Below, piece by piece: positions 1 through 10,000 of a DNA stretch of 32,000 bases. Each line of letters begins with the position of its first letter. The first letter of the stretch is position 1. The stretch lies in the NCBI RefSeq assembly GCF_000011805.1, contig NC_006841.2. One strand, 5' to 3'. The notes under the pieces were generated by a model. The model did no database searches. It saw nothing but the letters and a program-made list of their open reading frames with translations, and was not told the origin of the DNA. Source of the DNA: Aliivibrio fischeri ES114. GTDB lineage: Bacteria; Pseudomonadota; Gammaproteobacteria; Enterobacterales; Vibrionaceae. A program made the position numbers and the translations under genes.

Positions 1-159
1 AAGCCGCTTGTTTGGGCAATGATCACTGGCGTACAAAAGAAACTTACAGAACATCAAATGTCATCAAATCTAGTGTTTGTATCAAATAAGCGTGCATTAT
101 TAGTGCTAATTGCAACAGGATTAGTTACCATTGCAATAGTTGTAAGCGCAGGAGTTTGA
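1..159 (+). CDS. C-terminal fragment of a membrane protein (5' end outside window)
   Basis: Frame 1 is open from base 1 to a TGA at 157-159: ...NKRALLVLIATGLVTIAIVVSAGV*, a hydrophobic C-terminal helix. The family is not identifiable from 52 aa. Confidence 0.5.
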   Translation, partial: KPLVWAMITGVQKKLTEHQMSSNLVFVSNKRALLVLIATGLVTIAIVVSAGV

Positions 160-164
160 ACACA

Positions 165-590
165 ATGGAAGAATTTGATCGTCAAAGTAGCTTTGGTTGG
201 ATGATAAATGTCATTGCTAATCAAGCATCAAAACGTTTCGAAACAGAATTAAAACAGCACGGCTTAACTGTTGCGCTGTGGCCAACCATGATGTGCCTAT
301 GGGAAGAGGAAGGAGTAACTCAACGTGATATTGCTGAAAAGTCAAAAGTGGAAAACTCCACAACCACTCGAACATTAGATAAGTTAGAAAAACTTGGTCT
401 TGTTGAACGACAAGCAGATCCCAATAGTCGTCGTTCCTTTCGAATTTACTTAACTGATGAAGGTCGAGCATTAAAAGAAACCCTTTTGCCAATCCCTATT
501 AAAGTAAATAAAGAAATACTTAGCTCTCTTGATCTAAATGAGCAAAAAGAGATGATTCGACTACTGCAAAAAATGGTCGCAGCTGTATAA
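165..590 (+). CDS. MarR-family transcriptional regulator
   Basis: Winged-helix pattern GLTVALWPTMMCLWEEEGVTQRDIAEKSKVENSTTTRTLDKLEKLGLVERQADPNSRRSFRIYLTDEGRAL. GGAG upstream of the ATG at 165; the ORF track starts at TTG 156. Confidence 0.9.
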   Translation: MEEFDRQSSFGWMINVIANQASKRFETELKQHGLTVALWPTMMCLWEEEGVTQRDIAEKSKVENSTTTRTLDKLEKLGLVERQADPNSRRSFRIYLTDEGRALKETLLPIPIKVNKEILSSLDLNEQKEMIRLLQKMVAAV

Positions 591-611
591 ATATTACTCT
601 TTTAAACTAAT

Positions 612-641
612 AAATAGCCCAAATCATCATGGGCTATTTTT
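612..641 (+). terminator. Intrinsic terminator downstream of marR
   Basis: Inverted repeat AATAGCCC...GGGCTATT followed by TTTT. Confidence 0.75.
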
Positions 642-853
642 GTATCTACGCCACCTTCATATCCAAATCAAAGCCCTCACAGATACTAAGAGAACTAATC
701 TATTTTTCTCTATTTATTATTTTAGCAATCGAAGCTAAACGTGATTTAGATCGCATTTAATTAGGCCTAATCGTCTTTTTTGCGCCATTAATTTGCTTTT
801 CAACTGCTAAAAATGCCCATAATAAAAAGGAATTTAATTAGAGTACAAAGGAT

Positions 854-1411
854 ATGTATTTACATATGGCTATCGCAGCGCCCAGAATCTTGTGTCCAGA
901 TATGGATTCTGACACAACAAAAAAATGGATTTTTCGAGAACCTTCGAGGACAGACGGTGACGATGTTTACGCATTGATCACCGAGTGTCCTCCTCTTGAT
1001 ATAAACTCTTCATACTGCAACTTTCTTCAAGCTACTCATTTCAGTAAAACCTGCGTTTTGGCAGAGAAAGATGGCGATCTCGCTGGCTTTATCTCTGGGT
1101 ATCAAGAACCTGATGAACCGAATACGCTGTTCATATGGCAAGTCGCCGTCTCCCCACGTTACCGAGGTAAAGGTTTAGCGTTTTCTATGCTAACCACGCT
1201 TTTAGAGCGAAAAAACCTTCTGCATATCGAATTTATAGAAACCACAATAACCAAAGCAAATAACGCCTCTTGGTCACTATTTAAAAAAATTGATGCCCAA
1301 TATGGAAATCAAGGGCAAGTCACTACGTTTCTAGATAAAGAATCACACTTTAAAGGCAAGCACGATACAGAGTATTTGTATCGTATCCCTCTAAAATCTT
1401 CACAAAAATAG
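854..1411 (+). CDS. ectA: L-2,4-diaminobutyrate N-acetyltransferase (ectoine biosynthesis); true start may be 866 or 902
   Basis: EctA-type GNAT: WIFREPSRTDGDDVYALITECPPLDINSSYCNFLQATHF...VSPRYRGKGLAFSMLTTLL, immediately followed by ectB and ectC. Confidence 0.93.
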   Translation: MYLHMAIAAPRILCPDMDSDTTKKWIFREPSRTDGDDVYALITECPPLDINSSYCNFLQATHFSKTCVLAEKDGDLAGFISGYQEPDEPNTLFIWQVAVSPRYRGKGLAFSMLTTLLERKNLLHIEFIETTITKANNASWSLFKKIDAQYGNQGQVTTFLDKESHFKGKHDTEYLYRIPLKSSQK

Positions 1412-1431
1412 GAATCATAAACGGACTCATC

Positions 1432-2697
1432 ATGAATATTTTCAAGAAGCAAGAATCACAAGTGCGCTCATACTCAAACAATTTCCCAGTTGTTTTTCAA
1501 AAAGCAAAAGGCAGCTGGCTAGAAACTGAAAATGGAGAGCGTTACCTAGACTTCCTTGCCGGAGCCGGATCACTTAACTACGGTCACAACAACCCAGTCT
1601 TAAAGCAAGCTTTACTTGAATACATCGAAAACGACGGTATCACTCATGGCTTAGACATGCACTCTAGTGCAAAAGCCACATTTTTAAATGCCCTGAGCCG
1701 TTATATTCTCGAACCAAGAAACCTAGAATACAAGGTACAGTTCACGGGACCTACAGGTACCAATGCTGTTGAGGCCGCTTTAAAACTGGCACGAAAAGTC
1801 ACTAACCGAACCAATATTGTCGCGTTCACTAATGGCTTTCATGGTTGTACAGCCGGAGCACTGGCGGCAACGGGGAATCAACACCATCGCCAAGGTGCCG
1901 GTGTTAGCTTAAGCAATATTACACGCATTCCTTTTGAAGGTTATGCTGATATCGATGGACTTAACCTGTTTGAGACCATGCTATCTGACAATTCAAGCGG
2001 TTTAGATAAACCCGCTGCGGTACTTTTAGAAACCGTACAAGGTGAAGGCGGTTTAAACGTCGCTTCAAATGAATGGCTACAACGTCTAAGTAAGATCTGT
2101 AAAGCCAACGACATTCTAATGATTGTTGATGATATTCAAGCGGGTTGTGGACGTACTGGTACTTTCTTTAGTTTTGAGTCATCTGGCATTAAACCAGACA
2201 TGGTAACTCTATCAAAATCCATTGGTGGCTACGGCTTACCAATGGCAGTTGTCTTACTAAAACCTGAATTAGATGAATGGAAACCTGGTGAACATAACGG
2301 TACTTTCCGTGGTAACAACCATGCCTTTATTACTGCAGCAAAAGCGCTTGAAATTTATTGGGCGAACGATAACTTTGAAAACCACATAAAACAATCGTCT
2401 AGCAAAGTAAGCGACGTAATTCTTCGCACCATTAAACGTCACCCTAAGTTATTTGTTCAACAGAAAGGTCGTGGCATGATGATTGGCATTGAATGTAAAG
2501 ATGGCATTATCTCAAGTGATATTGCAAAAACCTGCTTTGAAAACGGAATGGTAATTGAAACCGCTGGTCCTGATGACGAAGTGGTTAAATTCTTTTGTCC
2601 ATTAACCATTACTGAATCAGAGTTAGACCAAGGATTGGCTATCTTTGAAGACGCCGTTGATAGCATTGCAGCAAAACATTTTAAAAAAGCATCTTAA
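1432..2697 (+). CDS. ectB: Diaminobutyrate--2-oxoglutarate transaminase
   Basis: Class III aminotransferase, [25 protein letters not shown]...[21 protein letters not shown]...[21 protein letters not shown]; operon position between ectA and ectC. Confidence 0.96.
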   Translation: MNIFKKQESQVRSYSNNFPVVFQKAKGSWLETENGERYLDFLAGAGSLNYGHNNPVLKQALLEYIENDGITHGLDMHSSAKATFLNALSRYILEPRNLEYKVQFTGPTGTNAVEAALKLARKVTNRTNIVAFTNGFHGCTAGALAATGNQHHRQGAGVSLSNITRIPFEGYADIDGLNLFETMLSDNSSGLDKPAAVLLETVQGEGGLNVASNEWLQRLSKICKANDILMIVDDIQAGCGRTGTFFSFESSGIKPDMVTLSKSIGGYGLPMAVVLLKPELDEWKPGEHNGTFRGNNHAFITAAKALEIYWANDNFENHIKQSSSKVSDVILRTIKRHPKLFVQQKGRGMMIGIECKDGIISSDIAKTCFENGMVIETAGPDDEVVKFFCPLTITESELDQGLAIFEDAVDSIAAKHFKKAS

Positions 2698-2711
2698 TCA
2701 AGGAAGATACG

Positions 2712-3098
2712 ATGATAGTAAGAACATTAGATGAATGTCGCGACAGCGAACGACGTGTAGCATCTGAAACATGGGAAAGCGTAAGAATGTTGTTGAAAAA
2801 TGACAACATGGGTTTCTCTTTTCATATCACGACCATCTATCAAGATACTGAAACACACATCCATTACAAAAACCATTTAGAGTCCGTCTATTGCATGAGT
2901 GGTGAGGGTGAGATTGAAGTGGTTGGAGGGGAGACTTACCCCATAAAACCAGGAACATTATACATTCTTGATAAACACGACGAGCATTATTTACGAGCGT
3001 ATAAAGATAAAGAAATGGTGATGGCGTGCGTTTTCAACCCTCCGATTACGGGTGCCGAAGTTCATGATGAAAACGGTGTTTATCCTGTTCTCGATTAA
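2712..3098 (+). CDS. ectC: L-ectoine synthase
   Basis: [44 protein letters not shown]...[15 protein letters not shown]; cupin-type EctC, operon context. Confidence 0.96.
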   Translation: MIVRTLDECRDSERRVASETWESVRMLLKNDNMGFSFHITTIYQDTETHIHYKNHLESVYCMSGEGEIEVVGGETYPIKPGTLYILDKHDEHYLRAYKDKEMVMACVFNPPITGAEVHDENGVYPVLD

Positions 3099-3186
3099 CT
3101 CACACTCTTAATTAACCACAACCTTCCCCTATCAACCTGAATAATCCATCGTTCAGGTTGATACAAAAGTCAAAAAGGACTTACTC

Positions 3187-4614
3187 ATGACTTATACCGT
3201 AGAAAAAATCGGCGGTACCTCAATGACTGCATTTGATGCCGTTTTAGATAATATTTTTCTTCGCCCTAAAGACCCATATAATCGTGTTTTTGTTGTCTCA
3301 GCTTATGGTGGTATTACCGATTCACTTTTAGAATGTAAAAAAACCAGTAAGCCGGGTGTTTACCAACTTATAGCCAAACGTGATGATAAATGGGAAGAAG
3401 CATTAGAATACGTTGAAAAGCGTATGCTCTTAACCAACGAACATATCTTCATTGACCCAATGAACCGCATCAGAGCAGATAAATTCATTTGCTCTCGAAT
3501 CAAGCAAGCAAAAAACTGTATCGCTAATATTTTAGAAACTTGTCAATATGGTCAATTCTCCTTACGTCGTTACTTACCCCAAGTTCGTGAGTTTCTCTCA
3601 TCTATTGGTGAGGCACACAGCGCCTTCAATACCGCGCTGAAACTAAAAACCATGGGGATTAATGCTAAGTTTGTTGACCTATCCGGTTGGGATAATCAAC
3701 CACCTCGTTCATTAGATGACACCATCATCAACGTATTTAAAGATATTGATGTAACCAAAGAACTGCCAATTGTCACCGGTTACGCCTACTGCCAAGAAGG
3801 GTTAATGGGGACATATGATCGAGGTTATAGTGAAATGACCTTTAGCCGTATAGCCTCACTGACTCAAGCCGATCTAGCCATTATCCATAAAGAATATCAC
3901 CTAAGCTCAGCGGATCCTCGTGTTGTTGGTACAGACAAAGTATTTCCAATTGGACGAACTAATTATGATGTGGCCGATCAACTTGCTAACTTAGGAATGG
4001 AAGCTATCCACCCTAATGCGGCTGCAGGTCTTCGAGAAAGTAACATTGAAATCCAAATTAAAAATACCTTTGAACCTAAACACAAAGGCACATTGATCTC
4101 ATCGGATTATCAGCCAGAAACAGACAAAGTTGAAATCATTGCAGGTAAAGAGAAAGTATTTGCTTTACATCTTTTTGATCAAACCATGGTTGGTCAAGTC
4201 GATAACGTTAGTTATGAGCTCATGGAAATCATCTCCGATGCGCACGTTAACTTAATCGGTAAAGAAATGAACGCCAACTCGATTACCTATTACCTCGGTG
4301 GCAATACTGAGAGCTTAAATAAAGTGTTATACAAAACCGAAAAACGTTATCCAAACGCCTCAATCAAAGGTCGTATGGTGGCATTAATCGCTGTCATCGG
4401 TTCACAGATTGACACCAATAAAGCACTCGCAAAAGGGGTATTATCATTAATGAACAGTGACGTAACGCCTGTTGCTTTGCACTCCTCTATGCGTAATGTA
4501 AACGTACAGTTTGTTGTCAGCGATAAAGACTATCAAAATGCGATTAAAGCACTCCATCACGAGTTTTGTGAAGAAGTACCAGCAAAACAAGTAAAAACGA
4601 GTCAAGTTGCTTAG
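3187..4614 (+). CDS. Aspartate kinase of the ectoine operon (Ask_Ect type)
   Basis: YTVEKIGGTSM...VFVVSAYGGITDSLL...; ACT-like region at the C-terminus; last gene of the ectABC-ask arrangement. Confidence 0.93.
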   Translation: MTYTVEKIGGTSMTAFDAVLDNIFLRPKDPYNRVFVVSAYGGITDSLLECKKTSKPGVYQLIAKRDDKWEEALEYVEKRMLLTNEHIFIDPMNRIRADKFICSRIKQAKNCIANILETCQYGQFSLRRYLPQVREFLSSIGEAHSAFNTALKLKTMGINAKFVDLSGWDNQPPRSLDDTIINVFKDIDVTKELPIVTGYAYCQEGLMGTYDRGYSEMTFSRIASLTQADLAIIHKEYHLSSADPRVVGTDKVFPIGRTNYDVADQLANLGMEAIHPNAAAGLRESNIEIQIKNTFEPKHKGTLISSDYQPETDKVEIIAGKEKVFALHLFDQTMVGQVDNVSYELMEIISDAHVNLIGKEMNANSITYYLGGNTESLNKVLYKTEKRYPNASIKGRMVALIAVIGSQIDTNKALAKGVLSLMNSDVTPVALHSSMRNVNVQFVVSDKDYQNAIKALHHEFCEEVPAKQVKTSQVA

Positions 4615-4626
4615 TTCATTAACTAT

Positions 4627-4666
4627 ATACCAATCCAGATAATGATTAGATTATTTGGATTGGTAT
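4627..4666 (+). terminator. Stem-loop after the ectoine/aspartokinase operon
   Basis: Perfect 11-bp inverted repeat ATACCAATCCA...TGGATTGGTAT; weak T-tract. Confidence 0.5.
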
Positions 4667-5067
4667 TAATAATTCCCTGCGTCTTAGATAGTTAACATAG
4701 AGAAATTAATCTACAACTCAATAAAATCCACTATTATTAATCTTACAAATGCTTATTTAGTTATTTTAAATATAAGCAAAAGTTATAGCAAATATAAACA
4801 AAAAACAAAGTTAACTCTTGACAATAAATATTACAAAAGAAATAAACATCTTAAATGTAAATGCATACCTCGACTTTCATACATTACTTAAATGCAAAAT
4901 AAAATACTATATTAGAGTAATCATTCAGTTAATTCCATCAATAGGCATTTCATTAAGAAAATAAAATACCACTTGCTCAATACTTACTAAATATTAGCCA
5001 TATTTGACAATGAAAAATTAAATATTAATGTAAAACTTTATATTAAATTTTAATCATTGGTTTTTTT

Positions 5068-5958
5068 ATGCCTTATACTTTTATTGATAATATAGAAAAT
5101 AATTATTACCAAATTATTTTTAAAAAACACATTCACATGGCTTATATTTCAGGGAAAAAGTTAATAAGCATATATTCACTAAATGATGAATCTATAAATT
5201 CCGACATAGAAAAATTTCATTTTGATTCATTTGGTAAATATGGAGACATCATAATAATTAATGGGGACACACCTATTGACAAATACATCAAACAAGCAGA
5301 GGTGTTAATAAAAAGCAACAAGAAATCTATTTTCATAATTAATAAAATAAATTCATGCAGTAAAGAAAATATTATAAAACTTAGAGATTTTGTACAAAAA
5401 TTAAAATCAGATGACAATATAAAATTCATCCTCCCTTTTACAGATGACACAGTAAGAAGAGGAATGATAAATATTTTACTATCTGACGAGTTTTTTAATA
5501 TATGTATACCACACCCAGACTATAGTAACGACATACAATCGAATAAAAACCAACCTGAAAATGATGATTCATTAATAAAAAGCATACTTAGATCTGAAGA
5601 AGATATAGAAAAACTGAAAACCTATCACTCTTCACTATATTTAGCAATTTCTTATATTAATAAAAATTATTCTGACGATATTACATTAGAAGAGGTAGCA
5701 AAAGCTTCTTATGTTAGTCCTTCTCATCTATCGTATTTATTCCGGAAAAAATTAAATACGAAATTTAAAAAAGTTCTTTTCATTTTAAGATTAAACAAGG
5801 CTAAAGAGATAATAATGAATAACCCTAGAATGACATTAACAAACATTGCTATTCAAGTTGGTTTTTATGACTTAAGTCATTTTGGAAAAGTATATCGCAA
5901 ATATGAAGGAGTCAATGTTAGTGAGATAAGAAACAATATTATTTACAATTTATTATAA
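5068..5958 (+). CDS. AraC-family transcriptional regulator
   Basis: C-terminal double-HTH: ISYINKNYSDDITLEEVAKASYVSPSHLSYLFRKKLNTKFKKVLFILRLNKAKEIIMNNPRMTLTNIAIQVGFYDLSHFGKVYRKYEGVN. N-terminal half not recognised. Confidence 0.88.
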   Translation: MPYTFIDNIENNYYQIIFKKHIHMAYISGKKLISIYSLNDESINSDIEKFHFDSFGKYGDIIIINGDTPIDKYIKQAEVLIKSNKKSIFIINKINSCSKENIIKLRDFVQKLKSDDNIKFILPFTDDTVRRGMINILLSDEFFNICIPHPDYSNDIQSNKNQPENDDSLIKSILRSEEDIEKLKTYHSSLYLAISYINKNYSDDITLEEVAKASYVSPSHLSYLFRKKLNTKFKKVLFILRLNKAKEIIMNNPRMTLTNIAIQVGFYDLSHFGKVYRKYEGVNVSEIRNNIIYNLL

Positions 5959-5996
5959 TTTAAATCATTAACTTACGTTTAATAAGAGGAAAAATT

Positions 5997-6260
5997 ATGG
6001 CTAATATCGTTAATGAAAAAACAACAGATTCAGTTACTCAAATAAATACAGAAAGCGTCGGAGGAATTCCCTCAATGGCTATGAATAATTTTATAATGGC
6101 AATAAATACAGCCATTAGTAATGGGAATCAAAATGCAGCAATATCTCAACAACAGGGGCAAATGTTAATGCAAGCTTCTACGACACAAGGAATCAATGCT
6201 ATCAATGCCATATCTTCAGCATCAATATCTAAAGCCACAGAAGCTATTCTAGATAAATAA
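5997..6260 (+). CDS. RebB-like R-body protein (divergent paralog)
   Basis: TTDSVTQINTESVGGIPSMAMNNFIMAINTAISNGNQNAAISQQQGQMLMQASTTQGINAINA aligns throughout with the RebB array at 20721-22635. GAGG upstream of the ATG. Confidence 0.85.
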   Translation: MANIVNEKTTDSVTQINTESVGGIPSMAMNNFIMAINTAISNGNQNAAISQQQGQMLMQASTTQGINAINAISSASISKATEAILDK

Positions 6261-6272
6261 TAGGACTATATT

Positions 6273-6545
6273 ATGAATAAACCAGCAAGCCCGATTGAAA
6301 GTGCTAAGAATAATGCAACACAATCCATTGCTCATTCATCTGCAATGGCTCTTTCTGATGCAACAGACAACTTAAGAAACTTATCTTCAATTGGAACTAC
6401 CGCCATTGGTGTTGCACTAAGCCAATTTATAGAAACAGGTGATTCAAAATACTTAGATGGTATAGATAAAGCAGGAGAAGTTGTAACACAAGCAATAAAT
6501 AACTTTTCAGAAATTGGAACTAAAGTAAAAGAAAATATTGAGTAA
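6273..6545 (+). CDS. Small Reb-locus partner protein, family A
   Basis: Homologous to the ORF at 24646-24921: shared pattern A..DA.DN.RN...I..TA.GVALS...E.GD......I..A......AI.N. 12 bp downstream of the RebB-like ORF. Confidence 0.65.
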   Translation: MNKPASPIESAKNNATQSIAHSSAMALSDATDNLRNLSSIGTTAIGVALSQFIETGDSKYLDGIDKAGEVVTQAINNFSEIGTKVKENIE

Positions 6546-6555
6546 TATTAATAAC

Positions 6556-6600
6556 ATTGGCTATTCATATATTTATGATGAAAATCACTGAATAGCCAAT
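6556..6600 (+). terminator. Stem-loop between partner protein and Reb-like ORF (terminator or attenuator)
   Basis: Perfect 12-bp inverted repeat ATTGGCTATTCA...TGAATAGCCAAT, 21-nt loop, followed by TTATAATAATTTAT. Confidence 0.45.
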
Positions 6601-6630
6601 TTATAATAATTTATATTTAATGAGAAGATA

Positions 6631-6828
6631 ATGGAAAAGAAATCTGATTCAAACAAAAATATTTACTCACCACAGGAAACAACTCTATCCGAAAGTACAT
6701 TTAGTGAAACAATGGGCCTAGCAATGCATAATGCTATCGCTAACCAACAACAATCCCAAATAACAACCTCATTCACCGTCGCAAAAACTTGTGCACTTAT
6801 TTTATCTACCGCTACAAAAATGCCTTAA
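6631..6828 (+). CDS. Short Reb-like protein, family B
   Basis: TTLSESTFSETMGLAMHNAIANQQQSQITTSFTVAKTCALILST parallels the ORF at 24336 (TTLSETIGLSMHNLVANQQQSQVTTAASVSSTCARLLAT) and echoes the RebB AHNA..AQQQGQ motif. Confidence 0.65.
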   Translation: MEKKSDSNKNIYSPQETTLSESTFSETMGLAMHNAIANQQQSQITTSFTVAKTCALILSTATKMP

Positions 6829-7007
6829 CATCAATTCTTATTATATAACTCATCATCTAAAACACTTTAAACCAACTCTATCAAATAATCTCCATATACT
6901 TATAATAATATGAATCATTTAATTTCACACTATCTATGCTTTCATATCTTAAATAAACCATTATGGTTATCTCATAAATTTTAAACAAATTACGAATAAT
7001 ATATTAG

Positions 7008-7041
7008 CCATCTGGTTCGACATTTATCAGCCCCAGATGGC
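7008..7041 (-). terminator. Stem-loop between convergent reb-like ORF and giant gene
   Basis: Inverted repeat GCCATCTGG...CCAGATGGC just 3' of the giant ORF (stop at 7088) in the convergent interval. Confidence 0.5.
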
Positions 7042-7087
7042 CAGTTATTTCCTTATCTTATTAGGAAAATTTATTATCAATATATAT

Positions 7088-10000
7088 TTATGATTTAATA
7101 AAAGGATCATCATGCAGCGCATGAGCAACCCATTCTTTATTGAGTGAAGTCACTCTAAGCTCTAATACTTGCTCATTTTCTTGTATGGCTTCATCTGGGC
7201 GTTTAATGATTTCCACCAAATTGCTAAACGGTTCTCCAGTATAGAAAAAAGCCTTATCATATTGCCCAGCACGACTAAGTGCTCCTATAATTTCAATTAA
7301 ATTAATATTATCCATATTTTTAAGTAGAAGAATATTAATAGGCTCTTTTCCTACACTAGTTCGTTGCCTAGCTATTGATAAGGCCGATTCGAATGAATGC
7401 GAATTCAAACTACGAGAAATATAAAGCGTCCTACTTGAGCACTCCCCATAACGATCCTTTTGTAAAATAATATCCCCTTGGCCATTATTATATTGACGAA
7501 TTAATGGATCAGAATTTTCAGCATATCTTCGAGCAGTATCAAAGACATTCATACCTACGTCAGTATCTGTAACTTCTCCTTTCTCGAGTGTTGGTAAAGG
7601 GTCAAAGACACGATGACGTTCAAGATCTTGAGCTTGAAAGTAATCAATAATACCTCGAACTTTGCAGTAAGCAGAATCATCACCTCTTGTATATATCTCT
7701 CTCCCTACTATTACACTCAATATAGTAGAATCGACCGATTGGTAATTCACTACACCTGAATTACTCGAAACCAGACCCAAATCCCTTTCAGATTGAAGAG
7801 TCACTAACTCCCTTTCTAATTGACCAGCGAAAGAATTGTCAAACTCTTCTTCATTTGGCTTAGAAAATGGGGTTAAAAAATAAGTTGGAGGAGCTGCTTT
7901 ATTCGTTATTTTTATCATAGCTCTAGCAGGTAATCCCATAGCTACAAGTTCTTGCGCCAATGGGCCTACATTAGAATATTCACCATTAGCAAATTCACCA
8001 ATATAAGCCACTCCATTAATATGTAATGTGTCAGATTCACTTAAATCATGTAAGTTTGTTTTGCCGACAGAATAAAGATATTGAAGATCTGGTTCCAATG
8101 TAGAACTAGCTATAGAACCGTATGTTTCTGTTAAGATTCGTTGAAAACCTTGAACTTGCTCTCTATTTTTAAACACTATCTCAAAAGGAGCTGCATTAGT
8201 TCGCTTAAGGTGACGAAGCAAAGGAATAAATCGTGAGTTAATCAGTTCACGATTAAGTGATGGGAAATACACATATTTAGTTCCAACCGTCGATTCTTGA
8301 GGCACAAAGCCAGATACATTTTCTTCAGCTTCCAAGATATCATTCGAACTCTTATATGTATCGTAATCAATTAAACCTTCTTGAACCATGGCAGCTAGTG
8401 CTTGTTTGTATTGCACATTTTCTGAAACTTGTTTTACAGTAGTAAAGGTAAAAACAGCTTCAGGATTTTCGGCAAAATACCGCTCAAATGCGGCCACACG
8501 AGTATCATTCATCATATGTTTACCATGACTTGCCGATACATTTATTCCTATTTCATCGGAATCTCCTAAAGCAAGTTGAAAATCAGAACCATTAACTTGA
8601 TAAAAACAAACACCACTTTCGTTTACATGTACGTAAACTATATGATCATAATGAACTAAATCATCAGAGCCTACTTCGCCAACATGGAGAAAACCTGATT
8701 CTTTAAACATACTACGATCAAAATGTCTTTGGTGCCTTCCTTCCAATTCAAAAACAGCCTGGTAATTATCCGACATCATAATTTGTCCAGCTTCATCTCT
8801 TTTCGCTATAACCCTATGCAACTGTTCAGCGACTTTTGGACTGATTGTCCCAGCTTGTTCTGCGTCATTAAATGCACCTGTATAGCAAATACGGCTGTAA
8901 CTTGAATCTCGATTACTTGCTCTATTAATTCGTTGATCCAACTCAGACAAGGCTAAAGGCGCATTTCGACTGTCAAGACGGAAAATAGCTTCTTCTTTCC
9001 AACTTCCTCGACGCCATGTCGCACCAGAGTCTAATGAAACTAAGAACACACCTTCCTGTATTTTTCCTTGCTTGTAGCGAGAGAAATATTTGATCTGTCC
9101 ATTTCCACCATCAAGTATGGAGCTACTTCCTTCAAATGTTCCTTGCGCAAATGCAGTACTCGGCTCAGCTTCAAAAAACGTTTTACGAACATTACCAATT
9201 AATGAACCAATATATTGATCGTATCCAGACTGGTGATACCAACGGGATGAAGATAATACTTTGGCATCTTTAATATATCGAAAGCCTGAAAATTCATCAT
9301 TTGATTTAAAAGGTGCACTTGAAAAATGTGGTACCTCTGCAATTTTTACTAACATCATTCGTTTGTTGCTCAAGGGAGCTTGATAGGTTGCAACCCAATT
9401 CTCATATGTATCCAATACAGGTGTTGAAATATTCAATTTGTTAGAGAATTGATGGGCAGTAGGATCCAATACCAACTCAATCCCATTAAACTTAGTCATC
9501 ACTACCCAGTGATTCATATACGAGTCAGCATTCCTACCGTGTGCACCTTCCCAAAATGCCATATTCCCAAGACGAACATCACTATAACTAGGGTGTGCTT
9601 TCAACGTATCTACAATCTCTCGAGCTGCATTTTCACAATTTTCAAGAGGCGTACTTTGGTATTTTTGATACGTAGCCTTAACAATTTCAGCAGTATGATC
9701 AACCGCACTCTGTTCAAATTGGCTTCTTGGTTTTATCGTTTTATTTCCTAAAAACTCATTACTTCTAAGAGGTAAAGAGTCTTTACTACTTGAGGCATTC
9801 GTTACTTCATTTGAAGAGTTTTCAGGATAAAATACTCTATGGGAAGCTGGTTTAAAGTCGTCTTTTGCCAATAATTGTCTTAGCTTATTCGCTTCACTTG
9901 TTAATTCTAAGCTAGGATCCTCCAATACAGAGGTATTAATCTGAAGCTTTCGGTTCGAGTAAGCAATAACTGGACGACCAATTTCATCTGCTAAGCTTTG

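Noticed and set aside
156-590. MarR regulator considered as a CosR/EctR1 dedicated ectoine regulator
   Set aside because: It sits before its own terminator, appears tied to the upstream membrane gene with overlap at the stop codon, and is shorter than I recall for EctR1/CosR. The sequence alone does not support that name.
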